This document shows, in pieces, positions 49,895 through 62,399 of a stretch of 64,000 nucleotides of DNA (position 1 is its first letter; each line of letters opens with the position of its first letter). The notes beneath the pieces were generated by a model. The model was not told the DNA's origin and did not search any database. It saw nothing but the letters and a program-made list of their open reading frames with translations. Location of the stretch: NCBI GenBank assembly GCA_011109175.1, contig RDEW01000005.1, forward strand, positions 904,903 to 968,902, given 5' to 3'. The position numbers and the translations under genes were made by a program. Source of the DNA: Dicyema japonicum (lineage: Eukaryota; Animalia; Dicyemida).

Positions 49895-52189
49895 CAAACC
49901 GATTCAAAATCTTTAGCCCTATTCCTTATTTTTCTTTCCTGGTTTAATAAATTCTATTCAAATTTTTGAAAATCTAGCTGTTAATGATTATTTATTTCAT
50001 TTATGATTTTGGTGCGAAATTAAAATATTAAGTGTTTTTGCAAGCATCATAGTTTTATGCGAAATTAGTGATTCAAAATAAACGAGAATTTTTTATTTTC
50101 TTAATGTTTTTTTATGCATGAAACACTAACTCTTGGGGGAGCTGAACGTCAAACATATTTTGAACGTAAGATTCGATCTTGTGAAGACGATTGGGGTAAT
50201 CTATTTATTAGGGAGCAAATAAAAAACAAAAAGTCAATTTTAGCCTTTCTTACTCTTTTTAAAAACATCACAGGACGTAACGTGTTTTCGAAAATCATTC
50301 AGATTTGCAGAATTAACTTAGTTGTCTATCGATTCCGTTTGAAAAAAAATCTAAAATTTCGAGTCGAACTTGATCGTCTATAGATTTGGAGACGATATTC
50401 ATTTATTCTCTAAAAATTTCCCTCAAGTGCAAAGTAAAACTCCATATATCGATTCGAAAAGGGTTCATTGATTAAAAAACTGGAAAATATAAGGTTTCCT
50501 CAGATAGTGGACACTACGATTTTTTTATTCCGATGAGATTTCATCACAACTGGGAAAAGAGCATGTGGATCTGTTGTACTATCCATCCTATTTTACTCTA
50601 CCCATCTTAAATTCTCAATTCGATGATGATTTTTCCTGGTATTTGCATTGGTCTACTTTTCCTTTACGATACCGTCTTTGTCAAGTCAAATGAAAGCACG
50701 TTTGACTACCTTTATGGAATCTTGGGAGGAATTAACCACAGGGCTATATATACCTTTGGGAACTGCACTAACTTCATTCATTGATCTTCCTCTGAAAAGC
50801 TTCGCTTACACGTTAGAAGGAAATTGATGGGAAGGGATCTATCCCTGTGAACGTTTCTGCAATTTTCGTGATGTCATTTGATCATTACGAAGGAGTAGTA
50901 GTGGAGAGAGATGTCATCCTTGAGGTTTGTTTGAATAGAAAATATATTCCTTCAATATTTAGAAGCGAGTAGTAAAGTTTGATTTAATTGTGTTTCCCGT
51001 AAAATAAAACTCGTTCACTTGTAATGCGTCAATCGACTCTGGAATCCGAGAAAAAGTACACTGAAATGCCAAAGAAAAAAGAAAATACAAGTTTTCATAT
51101 TTTAATTTTTATGGGTTCGTGGCTGACTTCATCAACGATGTACAAGAAATTTGTACAAAATTACAAGCGATGAACTATAAAGTTTTCTTGTTTTTTTTAT
51201 TTTCAGTCTAATTTATGAAATAATTTCTGTTAATTCTAGGAAGGATAGTAATGATTTTTTTAGAAACCCAAATCTTTTCCCACTAGAAGTGAACGAAAAA
51301 AATACACTGGTCTTAGAAATTAAAAATAAGTGATTTTTAGTTATATTTAATTAAATAATTGTTTTGGTTATTTATGCTTAAAGTACAAAAAATAAGACCT
51401 AGCCATAAAAATAAAAATTGATTCACTTTTTATTTGTTAGAACACAAAATTAGATATATTTCACATTTGCGGTAAAGAAATTTCTATTTTTTTGCTTATA
51501 TTTTGTCAGGACTAAAAAGTCCTTTCTAATATGCGTTTACGGGGAAATTAAAAAATAAAAGTGGTATCGAAATTTTAAAAGATATTTTTATAAGAATGAA
51601 TAGAAAAATGGGAGTGCATCCAAGTATGAATTAGATTGAGATATTGTATTCTTTTTACTTATTGATAAAATATCCACATTTGTGCATTTAAAGTCGTTCA
51701 AACAGACGTTTTTACATTTTTAAACATTTTCTATGTAAAAAAGTCAAATTAATATATTACTTCAAGGATAATAGTGACACCCTGAGTTGTCCACTTATAA
51801 TGGAACATACGTAAAACCAAAATAGCGATGATTTAACTGTGCAGTTAAACTCACATGGATGTTGCAGAAGTTATTTCAAATTCGAGATAAACTCTTTTTT
51901 GACACCTTCATTACGTGAATATGTTTAGCAATCGAAATATTCTTGATATTGGATTCTCGTGTTTTTTTTAAATTGACAAGGCGAACTGAAAGATCCTTTC
52001 AAATTTACTCTACCATTGATCGCTGGAAATAGAAAAAATCGAATTTTGGTCCTCAACTCTTATTCTGGACTGAATGTATCTATGACACCATTGGGGGCTG
52101 TGGACTTGTGGAAGGACCTATATCTTAATGTTCTGAAAGCGACTAATCAGAAATCGTATTCGAGACATGTCCTTTAAAAAATAAGGAGC

Positions 52190-52823
52190 ACCTTGAGACA
52201 ACTGGGGATGCGAGAAGACATGCATATCTCAAAACGATTAGCTGCCATTCAGAAGATGTCTTATATTAAAGTGTATTCGGGGCAAAAATGTCGTTGTGGA
52301 CGTTTGATCGATCCATATGGCTACAATCCACTGTTCTGCAGGTTGAACGCGGGACGTTTCCCAAGGCATGCCTGTCTCAACGTGACTTTGAAAAACGCAC
52401 TTTCCACTGCTGGCCACAACTGCATTTTGGAGCCACTGGTTCAACCAAGATGATGACAAACGCCCTGACGGGACAAAATTCCCATTTGGTAATGGTCGGA
52501 ACCTGGTTTGCGACGTTACGTGTGTTGATGCATACTCTCCGATAATTTTTCCCGCTTCAGTCTCGGGACCAGGTCATGCTTCTAAAAAAGCTAAGGATCA
52601 GAAGAGAATGAAGGTTGATCACTTGTTTGTTCCATTTCCTGTTGAGACGTCAGAAATCCTTGTCCTACAAGCGGACGATCTAGTCCGTAGGTTCTACTCA
52701 ATGATCCAAACAGCCACCAAAGATCTACATGAGTCTGGATGGCTTCGAGAGCTTATCTCGATAGCTATTGTCAGATGAAACAGCCTGGCGATTCAAGTTT
52801 CCTAGATTAATTTAATTATAATA
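52190..52823 (+). mobile_element. CRE-like non-LTR retrotransposon 3' part (right-arm copy)
   Basis: Mirror of 14484-15030; ORFs 52193-52453 and 52288-52545. Confidence 0.8.
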
Positions 52824-52926
52824 AATTTTAATAATTAACAAAGTAAAACTAGTAAATTATATAATTAAGCGGATTTTAATTTAGATTGCTGGTAATTCCT
52901 CTCTCTCTTAGAAGAAGATTGGTTTT

Positions 52927-53259
52927 GAACCAGCCGCGTGGCGCCATGTGGTGCTGCGTGGTTAATTGGTTGAAGTTTTCTGCTTGCTTGTCTGTTCCTC
53001 CTCTCTTTTCCTATTAGAGTGGCGTCATTTGATCCACCTGTCTAGGTGACGCCCAGTACTAAGCCTGCACGAAAAAGGATCATTTGCTCTCCCCCACTCC
53101 ACTGGAGGGTTTTCCACAACTGCAACTATGGACGTCTTTTACCCTTTATCAGATTCAAGATGGACTCTGTTTCTGTAGAAGTGGAAACTGGATACACTTA
53201 ATTAGTTGTTTACTTTAACTTCTTCTCTGTGTATCCGGGGTTAATAAATTAATTAATTA
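52927..53259 (+). mobile_element. 333-bp SINE-like element with a 12-bp TSD
   Basis: TSD AAGATTGGTTTT at 52915-52926 and 53260-53271. Non-coding; LINE-like 3' end CCGGGGTTAATAAATTAATTAATT. Confidence 0.85.
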
Positions 53260-53394
53260 AAGATTGGTTTTATAATAATGCCTATTTAAACAAAACGTTT
53301 TTTTAAGGCTTATTTTTATCTCAGTTTTGAATTAGAGATTATAAATAATGGGCTTTCGCATCCAACCAAATATCTGATTTGAGAGAAGTTACAC

Positions 53395-54920
53395 ATGACC
53401 GCGGAAGGTGGAATCAAAACACTTAAGGACAAAACTGGCCGCCTTGTCACAGTTTATAAACAATTTACCCGACCCACGATGACTCATGCAAGTCCATCGT
53501 TGGCAATGTTCCTTTACACAAAATACCGAAAATCGAAAAGGAGGCATCCAACAATGTATGTTCTACCGGGAGATGTCGCTTTGGAGATCTATCAAACAAA
53601 GAACACACATTCCTGTGGACTGGACATGATCCCGGTTATTCTGTTGAAAATGATGGGCATAGTGGACGTATCACCACTAACATGAATCTTCAACTACTTA
53701 ATCAACTTCAACTGTATTCCCGCTATATGGAAACTTTCGAATATTCATCCAATACTGAAGCCTGTGAAACCAAGGGAGGACCTGGCTTTTACAGGCCTTT
53801 GTCGCTCTTGTGCGTCCAGACAAGAATCCTAGAAAGGATGGTTATGACACTCACACGACATTCCTTCCCTGATGCCAGATTTCAGCATGGTTTCAAAGAG
53901 GGACGATCAACTATCACATACCTAAATACATTAAAAGAGTTCATAACAGATGGCCTTAACAAAAGACCAGGACAGAAAAAGACGATTGTATGCTCAATTG
54001 ATATCCAAAAGGCTTTTGACTCTGACGCAAACCTGAAATTATGGCTGGGAAATTTCTTGAGTGGTCGACGATGACGAGTACACTATGGCAATCGATGTTC
54101 GGTATCGAGACTATTTGCAAATGGCGTTACTCAGGGCTCCCCATTATCTCTTCTCTTGTTTAGCTTTATGATGAATGACTTGCCACTTCCACAGGGGGAC
54201 GATGACATATTATTAACGTATGCGAGTGATATAGTCACTGCTTAGAAAGATGTGAGTATTATTGAAACAACGAGAAGAGTACAGGACAATCTGAATAAAC
54301 TAAGTTTATGGTTTTGGGAAAATTAATTGATGCTAGCCCGGAAGTCGGTGTTGACCCTATTCACGACAGACAACGACTAGGGAAAGTATCAATTGACGTC
54401 ACACTGGATGGGAAAAATATCCCGCAAAAATACCAGAAAATCCTAGGAGTTACATTTGACACCTTCTTAACCTTTACAAAACATGTCAAAAATATGTTAT
54501 TGACTTGTACGAGGAAAATCAACTTCCTGAAGGCGTTCTTGGAAACCTAAGAGACAAAAAAAATCTGAGTGAACTGGATGTCATATACAAACAGTTCATC
54601 GAGTATACAATTGGATACGCATGTAATGTCCGGGGATCTAACTTTTCTGCAAAAAATTTGGACAAGATCTGCAACATTCAAGTGAAGGCAGCAAACTTAC
54701 TAAGGAAATCTTCCCGTGTGGAAATCCTGCCCAGAAACCTTGAGAATGATAGAGACGACTGGAACAGTGCCTTTTTAAGGATGTCATGTCAGATGAGAAG
54801 AGCTGTATAGGACTCTCACCCCGTCAAACTCGTCCTCTGCCTTGTCGGTTTGGGATTACTTACTTATTGAGAAGTTTTATTTATTTCTCTTTGACCCAGT
54901 GATTTTGGGATAATAATAAT
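53395..54920 (+). mobile_element. Degenerate Jockey/I-like LINE RT with 3' UTR and (TAA)n tail
   Basis: YRPLSLL, QHGFKEGRST, IDIQKAFD, NGVTQGSPLS and KILGVTFD. Tail GGGATAATAATAAT at about 54907-54920. Confidence 0.8.
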
Positions 54921-55279
54921 GGGCATTTGTTGAGAGAAAAAATCAGCTGGTCTCTTAGATTTCATGTTTAACATATAACAGAACTCTTTGACAGAGAGCG
55001 AAATAGTCTCTATTAGGAATGAAGAGATGGATCATTTGGTTATAACTTTTTCCAAAAGAGGAAGTAGATATTATTTCCCATTATAGAAGTCTTCCAAAAT
55101 AATATTTCCTCCATTTTCGGTAACAGCATAAAGGTTAGAGTATATATCTTCCAACATTAGTGCAACTGTCTTTGAATTTCAGTAAATGTCTTCAATAGCT
55201 GTCATCACATTGAATTCTTGAAACATCTAGCCAGAATGGTGCTTGACCAACTCGATGGCCGTTCGAATATCATGACTTC

Positions 55280-56400
55280 TAAATGTTCCAAACGTCCCAA
55301 TCTTTTGATAAAAGAAAGTGATCCGTCCTCTGCGTCCAGTAGCTAGTACTGGACGTTTCTAGGGTCTTCGATGTTCACCGGAGGTTATGGGCAGAAGAAA
55401 GATTCTTTTAGAATCGGTGATGATTGGTATGATGGTGGAAACTAATAACCCAAATCGTCTCTAAGGAGGAAATCCCCAGAACGTAATTATACTGGGGTTC
55501 TTTTTTCTCTGTCGAGAGTAGTCTCCAAGTCATCCACAAATGGAGAAAGCCCATCCAGCGGCCATCCAACACTCCTTTGGAGGTAACGGAGACGAGATTT
55601 CTTTGACATAATCAAGGTACTTCCCAGTCTTCCAGAGAAAAATGATTTAAATCAACTCTGTATGAATGGATGAATACTGGATGCGGTAATCTTTTTCAAA
55701 CAACGTGCCGGGAGGTTTTGTTTTTGTCAAAGGCCAAGACAGTACGGAGTGGCGGTTTGTAAATGTTGAATCCACTCCCAATAAAGTCAGTTTACATGGT
55801 TAGATGGGTTGTGGTTGATTGCTTGACACGGAAGCCGTGCTGAGAGTTGGACAGATTTAGGTGAGGGAATATCCAGTTGAGTATGTATTTCTTGGAAGGA
55901 GGGAAATTGGTCGAAGGATCGTAGGTCATGCGGGTCCTTTTTAGGTTTGAGGGTCGATATTATTGTCGATTGTTTCTAGAGCATAGGTACAAATTTTGAA
56001 TTCAAGGACATTTAGAAGATGGCCGTAAGGGACCGAAGTCCATTTGGGAAAAGATTTTTTAGATGATGTATGCATATTTCGTCTGGGCATTTGAGGGGGA
56101 GTTCTTCGCATTCATTATCAGCGCATGTATCTCCAGCCAGTCTATTTTGATTGGGGAAATACTCGGTGACGGAGGGGATTCATCACTGATGACGTTTGTT
56201 TGTTCCAGATTCGTGGAGGTTGTATGTAGAGTCAGAAATAAATTTCAGTTTGTTCCAAAATTCGGTCGGCTTTGTCCTATGGTGAGACAAAGTCCATTGG
56301 TGAGACAAACTCCTTCCACCAAGACTTTATGTTTTGATGGATGTAGTCAGAAATGTTGGAAAGGGTCATTTAAGACGACAAGGCTTTCAATTACCGAAAA
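55280..56400 (-). mobile_element. Degenerate LINE RT remnant with internal deletions
   Basis: The minus strand reads TLKPKKDPHDLRSF, PISLLP and LSNSQHGFRVKQSTTTHL. Confidence 0.6.
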
Positions 56401-56559
56401 GACACACTCCCCTCGTTGATTCAGTTTCTCATTGGCAGAGCATACAGGAATTTTGGCATTAAAGTTCCACTTTGTTAAAGCAGAGTGACGTATCAAATAT
56501 GATTCGGAGACCATTGTAAGAAGTTCGTTGTTGAGGTACATATTAGGAATGTGGTTATA

Positions 56560-57530
56560 TTTATTATTTAATAACCCCGAGAAAGGAACACCAAGAAAGG
56601 AGTAAACCAACTAATTAAGTGATCCCGGTACACCTTAAAAGGATCGAAAGGTTTTTCTTATGTTCCTCCAGAGTATCCACGGCTTCCTGTATCGACGACG
56701 ATCACCTTTCATTAAGATTTGAAGAGGGTGGGTTTTTTTCCAATTTACGTGTATTTGAGGCTTCTAGTCTTTAATGGAAGATACTCGATGTATATGAAAA
56801 CATCCAGTTTGTCACCATCCTGTCGGAAACAAATTCAAATGTTTTTGGACATTTTGAGGCCGATTGAACGTTTTTATCCTTGGATGCAATCATAAGGTCA
56901 TCGGCGTATGATAGAAGGAGCGTTTTCTGAGTCATTGTAATGTCCTCGGAATGGAGATTAAAAAGTGAGGGTGAAAAAGCAAATCCCTGAAGAACACCGT
57001 TGGGGATGTAGCGAGATTGAGACATATAGGAATGAAAACATGTTTGACCCAGTCTTCTGGAAAAGAAAAATTGTGAGCCAGGACTTCCAAACTTGAGGGA
57101 TATTTGATGAACTATTTTTTTTGGGAGGATCACATGAGAAATGCCGTCAAAGGCTTTTGTCAAGTGTGTGAGGGGATCACACGAGAATGTCGATGCCAGA
57201 GCAGTTCTTTCGGGATGTTTGTAATTGTTTAAACCGTCGGCAACAAACTGCGTCTAGGTGGAGAGCTAGGGGTTATCGAGTGATGGGGATGAATGCCATG
57301 TTGTGATTTGGGAGACTATTCTTTCCAACATCTTGGATACAATTGAAGAAAAATAAATATATCTTTATGAAAAAGGGGAGCAGGAATTCTTGTTGTTTTT
57401 GATTACGGGGACAATTAACGATTTCTTCCATAACAGGGATAAAACATGAGTTGATTGAGAACTCATAAATGGCCCTGAGAGTATGAATTTCGTTATGTCA
57501 GAGGTGTTTTAAGTGGAGGATAAAAGGGCA
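56560..57530 (-). mobile_element. Jockey/I-like LINE fragment (RT core plus 3' end)
   Basis: KAFDGISH, NGVLQGFAFSPSLFN and YADDL (56771-57163). 3' end GGGATCACTTAATTAG...CGGGGTTATTAAATAATAAAT. Confidence 0.75.
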
Positions 57531-58032
57531 ATCACGGCTATTGGCAGTATAGTTGAGCGCATTTTAGTTCAAGTCATGGATTAGAGTTACGGGAACTTAG
57601 ATATGACCCCTCGTACCTTGTGGTGGTTGGACTCTCTTAGTTAGAATATTTTTGGACATTGGAATGTGACTGATCTTGCAATAATAGGTCATTAAGTTGT
57701 TTTCCTGAAGATCAAAGTCTTTTTAGTTGTTATCATAAAGTGCCGCATTATTAGAAAAGCCGAAATCAATTTGACTGACCTGAATATTTTTAATAAATCT
57801 TAAAAATTTTTGAGATTGATTTTTGTTAAAGATGGGATATAAATTCACTCCACTTTTCATTCTTAACTTTAGATATCAACAAGCTTATTCAGTTTTCATG
57901 TGGGTCACTATCTTCTGGAGAAAACTGCCTACATTTGTAGCGAACAGACCCAACTTATTTCCCTTATCAAGCAACTGCCAAACAGTTTGCTTGGTACTGG
58001 CTAAGGGACGAGTTATGGGATAAAAATACTTT

Positions 58033-60977
58033 TTATTATTATTATAAGCACTTATCGCTATGTCATAGGACTTGACAAAGCATGTGCAACACGAGTTAGC
58101 AAATCACTGGTTAGTTTCATCCACTTCCTCCTATTCAAAGCCGCAGCGCGCAACCAGTCAGATCCTCTCCACTTGCAAGATGCCGTCCCATTTCTTTGTC
58201 CTCGTCGAGAACGACTGCCAGTGTCGTCCTTGGGCGACCACGGAAACGGGGGGCCTCCAACATGAAGTAATCCTCCATGGCTACGTTCGCGGGGGCATCT
58301 AGGTCCAGTCGCAGAATATGGCCGAAAAGCCTCCATCGTGTATCCAGAATCTCATTAGAAATTTCTGAGGTCTTCGTCCTCTTATAGAGAAGATTAGATG
58401 ACATCCTCGTATCACTTCTTTCGAACATCATATGCCGTAGTTGGTCTCTATGAAACGCATTAAGCCTCTTCAGTTCATTTCTTGAGCAGGCCCAGGTACC
58501 AGCGTTATATAGTAGTATGGGTTTCACTAGCGAGTTGTATAATCGAGTTTTTGTTATAATGTCAAGGCCCTTTTTGTGAAGCCAGATGTTCTTTAATCTG
58601 GAGAGGGCAGTTTGTGCTAGGGTTTTCCTTCTCGTAATTTCTTCATGGTCTCCTAGGAGGGAGCCAAGCTTTTTGCATTTGCGCCAGTACTCCTCCGTCC
58701 TTGTTTCTTCCCTCTTGAGTTCAGTTACGTCAGTCTTGTCCGGATTTACTGTTAGGAACCATTCGGCTAGTCTTCCAGACACTTCTTCCATCAAGCGGGT
58801 GAGCGGTATTTTGTCATTTGAAATAAAGTCTACGTCGTCAGCATACGCAATAATGTTTGTCTTTTCACCCATTATCGGTTTTGACTCCCGTAAAGCAGCT
58901 TCAAGGTATATGACAAAAAGTATAGGTGATAATGGGTCTCCCTGTGGAGTGCCAACAGTCGTCTCAAATCGGCGAGACAAGGCTCCCCCGACTCTTACAG
59001 TGAGCCAAGTATCAGCTAGGAGGGTGGTGGCCATTCTGACAGTGGAAGCGTCTAGGAAACTTTCCAAAACCAGTATTAGCCTCCGTCTGTCGACAGAGTC
59101 GAAGGCCCTCGAAATGTCGATTCCGAGGATGGTTGTAGACATTTTGAACTTTTGAACGGCCGCAGATCTCCACTTGTGGGACCACAAAACATCGGAAGTA
59201 GATCTTCCTTTTCGGAATCCGCTGTGGTATGGCGACAGAAAAGTATCTAGGCGTCCTTCCATCCTTTGTAATGTTATGTTCGCCAGAATTTTCCGAAGTG
59301 AATTCATTAATATGACCGGACGGAGGTTCTCCACCTTAGATCTTGGTTTATTCGCCTTCTGTACAGGTATCAAGATACCCTCTCCCAGGGTCAGCGTGTG
59401 ACCATAATAGTACATTTCATTCAGGATCCTAGCGATGCATTCATACAGCTTTTGGGTTCCATATTTGAAGAATTCACCACCGAGTCCGTCGGGGCCAGGA
59501 GTCCTGTTGTTTTTCAACTTGGAACTCGCAAGTTCAACTTCATATGGTGTGATTTCCTCGTCCAATTTTCCTCGTTCTAGGTTGATAGTGTCGTTCCTTG
59601 GTCAAAAAGTTTTCCAAAGTGGGCAGCGATAATTTCAGCCACTTCCATTTGGTCCACAATTTGCGTTCCTTTGTCATCTCTTATCATTATCGGTTGATGG
59701 GTCTATTTCCTTTCATCTGTTTCACAGCCTCGTAAATCTAGCGTTGTCCTTGAGAGATTCTATCTTCTTAATCTGGTCCAGTGCTTATTTCTGTTATGCT
59801 GGCGTATAGTTTTTCTTATTTTTGCTTTGATAGTTTTTCTTTCTAGTCGCAATTTTGATTTTACGTTCGAATCGTCAGTATTTTGATATAGCATCCACAT
59901 GGTCTTCTGTTTATCGGCAAGGTCTTATGTATTGACTGCTTTACAAAATCCCAGGATTTTCCGGGCGGCAAATCTGTAGGCATGTTTTCTAGTTCTGCAT
60001 CCAGATATTCTTTGAATGCTAGGGCCCCTTCTGATTGACTGATTAAGGATTCCAAGTTATAACGTCTAGAGTTGGGTTCTGTGGTTTCAATGTGCTTCCA
60101 TTTCGTTCTTTGTAGTACCATAAATCTCTTTAGAGAAAGTCTAGCAATAACCATTTTGTGGTCGCTGTCGATAATCGATCCACCATAAGCTCGTGCATCA
60201 AGTATAATCCCTCGATCTTTTTGCCTGCATATGATATAGTCGATCTGGTTGTACATATTTATCACTCGCCCTTCGGAATTTGTTCTATATCCCGACCACG
60301 TAGATTTATGTCTGGCTGGATGCATGAAAGCTGTATTGCATAAAAATAAGTTGTTCGTTTGACAGAAGTTAGCTAGTAGGGTTCCTGGAAGATTTCTTTT
60401 CCCCCTACCATGCCTTCCCATGAATGTCTCATTGGTCGTAACCTGGGTGCCAGCTTTCGCATTTAGGTCTCCTGCGATCATTACTAATGTTGAGAGAGCA
60501 TACTTGGAGAAGACGGCAGAAAGACTGGTGTAAAAGTCATCAATCTCATCAGGGTTTTTATTAAGCCATCCACTGTGAGGGGCGTACACGTTTATTATAG
60601 TTAGATATTTCTTCGACGGGTTGAGGTCATCCAGTTTCAATTGCAACACCCCGATTCTATCATTCACACTGTAATATCGGCAGACTCTCTTGGATAGATC
60701 ATTCCTGACTGCAAATTCTAGTCCATAGTGCTTGTTTCCACCTGGAAGGAAGATTAGTCGAAGTTCCCATGTTGTTCTTCGATCCCGTTTATAAGTTTGG
60801 TCTCCTGAAGGCAGGCGATTGAAATCTTGTATTTTGAAAGATCCTCGACCAGTTCCTTCCGTTTCCAAACGCTAGAGAGTCCCCTGACGTTAAACGTGAG
60901 AAGGGAGAAGTCCAATGGCTTGATGCTGTGTTTTCCAGACATTGAGATCAAGAGCCACGTCACCAGCTCAACCAAAA
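58033..60977 (-). mobile_element. Near full-length RTE (family B; APE and RT) with an 11-bp TSD
   Basis: ORFs 60754-60975, 59861-60868 and 58135-59565 (476-aa RT with YADD); (TAA)n tail. TSD AAAAATACTTT at 58022-58032 and 60978-60988. Confidence 0.95.
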
Positions 60978-61115
60978 AAAAATACTTTAGTTGTTTTAAT
61001 ATACAAAAATAAATTTTTTCAATTAAAATTAATAATAATTAAATATTAACATTAAATCATTAAAACAGTTGCTGGTTTGATATTTTGCTTTATTTTTTGG
61101 ATTATTTAGATTACA

Positions 61116-61752
61116 ATGGAACAAAACTATTATAAAATATTAGGATTAGAAGTTGGAGCATCAAAATTTGAAATCAAAGAGAGCGTAATTTTTGCAATAA
61201 TTTTAATAGATACCACTTGAAAGCAATTAAATCTCATCCCGACAAAAATCGTCACAGCAAAGAAGCCGAGAGGAATTTAAGGCTATCTCTATAGGCATAC
61301 CAAGTTTTTATCAAATGGTTTATATTTTCTTTTAACAAATAGATGAACTATGTGATAAATATCATCGCTTTGGGGACATTGATTTGAAAAATGAAAGCCG
61401 AATTATCAACCCATTTCGGCTTTTCGAAATGTTTTTCAAACATCCGTCTGATGAAGGCCACTTCGACTAAAGCGTATATATTTTTTCTAATTTGTTACAT
61501 AGTCGTAGAATAAGCCACATACGTCCTAGAGCTAATTTTGGATTTGGATTGTCTCCTTCAAAGGACTACCATGATTATTCATCAAATGTAACACAAACAA
61601 TAATTAATGGTAAAGTTGTTGAAACTCTTAGGTTTTATTATTTTTGAATGTATTTTAGAGTCATTGAAGACGAGAGGGAAACAATCACTACAACCGAAGA
61701 TGGAATTGTCACCTCGTACATTATTGATGGCGTTGAAACGGATCGGCCATAG
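61116..61752 (+). pseudogene. DNAJB6: DNAJB6/B8-like J-protein gene (spliced; several 1-nt indels)
   Basis: MEQNYYKILGL and SHPDKN (HPD motif), then C-terminal TQTIINGKVVETLRVIEDERETITTTEDGIVTSYIIDG. Introns at 61185-61209 and 61632-61658. Confidence 0.75.
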
Positions 61753-62399
61753 TTTTTAACTCAATTAAACATTTCTTTGAGTAATTGTTGTTATTTTTAA
61801 CTGTGACTGTGGAATTAGGAAATTACATAACATTAGCATTGTTAGTTACTTTAATGCCACATAGGGTTTAATATTGTCACAAATATTAGGATTAAGAGTG
61901 ATGTTTTTTGACCTTTCTATTTTGTAACTAAACGTGTTGTCGACCCAGGTTCTTTTGCATAATGGTCGTGTTGGCTGGATTTCAATTAAGTCCAAATTTC
62001 ACGTGTTTTTTTAAATTGTATAAAACTTATAAAAATAATATTCTATAAACAAAATTTTGGGTAATGTCAAAAAGGTCAAAATTATTTTTTAGGTCAATAA
62101 GTCAAACAATTTATTGATTTTTATTTTCTAACCTTTCGAGTTTTTTAATAAAATATTAACGTGTCAACTGTTATCCCACGTTCAATCAGGAAGGTGATTG
62201 AAAAGTTAAACTGCTATTAGAAAATATCTTGGAGAATTTTTAATAAGAACACAAAATTCTTATTCAAGCTGACCTTGTTAATGTAAATTGTGATGGTTTT
62301 TCACGTGGCATAACAATACACGTGTTTAATATTTTATTTTTTATTAAAATAATAAGACCGATTCTCTCTTCCTAATCACTCTTGAGCGTCTTATGAATA

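Larger units (their letters stand above)
31752..52823. repeat. Right arm of the giant inverted duplication, with extra blocks 32238-35274, 36395-37354 and 40154-44723
   Basis: As for the left arm. It ends at CCTAGATTAATTTAATTATAATA (52801-52823), the reverse complement of 14484-14506. Confidence 0.95.

Noticed and set aside
14484-52823. Palindrome as a fold-back chimeric read artefact
   Set aside because: The arms differ by kb-scale insertions and deletions and many substitutions, and enclose a 4.4-kb spacer. A haplotype mis-join remains possible.
58586-59155. 189-aa plus-strand ORF, and similar ORFs at 2856, 27120, 31779, 34465 and 59174
   Set aside because: Antisense or alternative-frame shadows of RT coding sequence.
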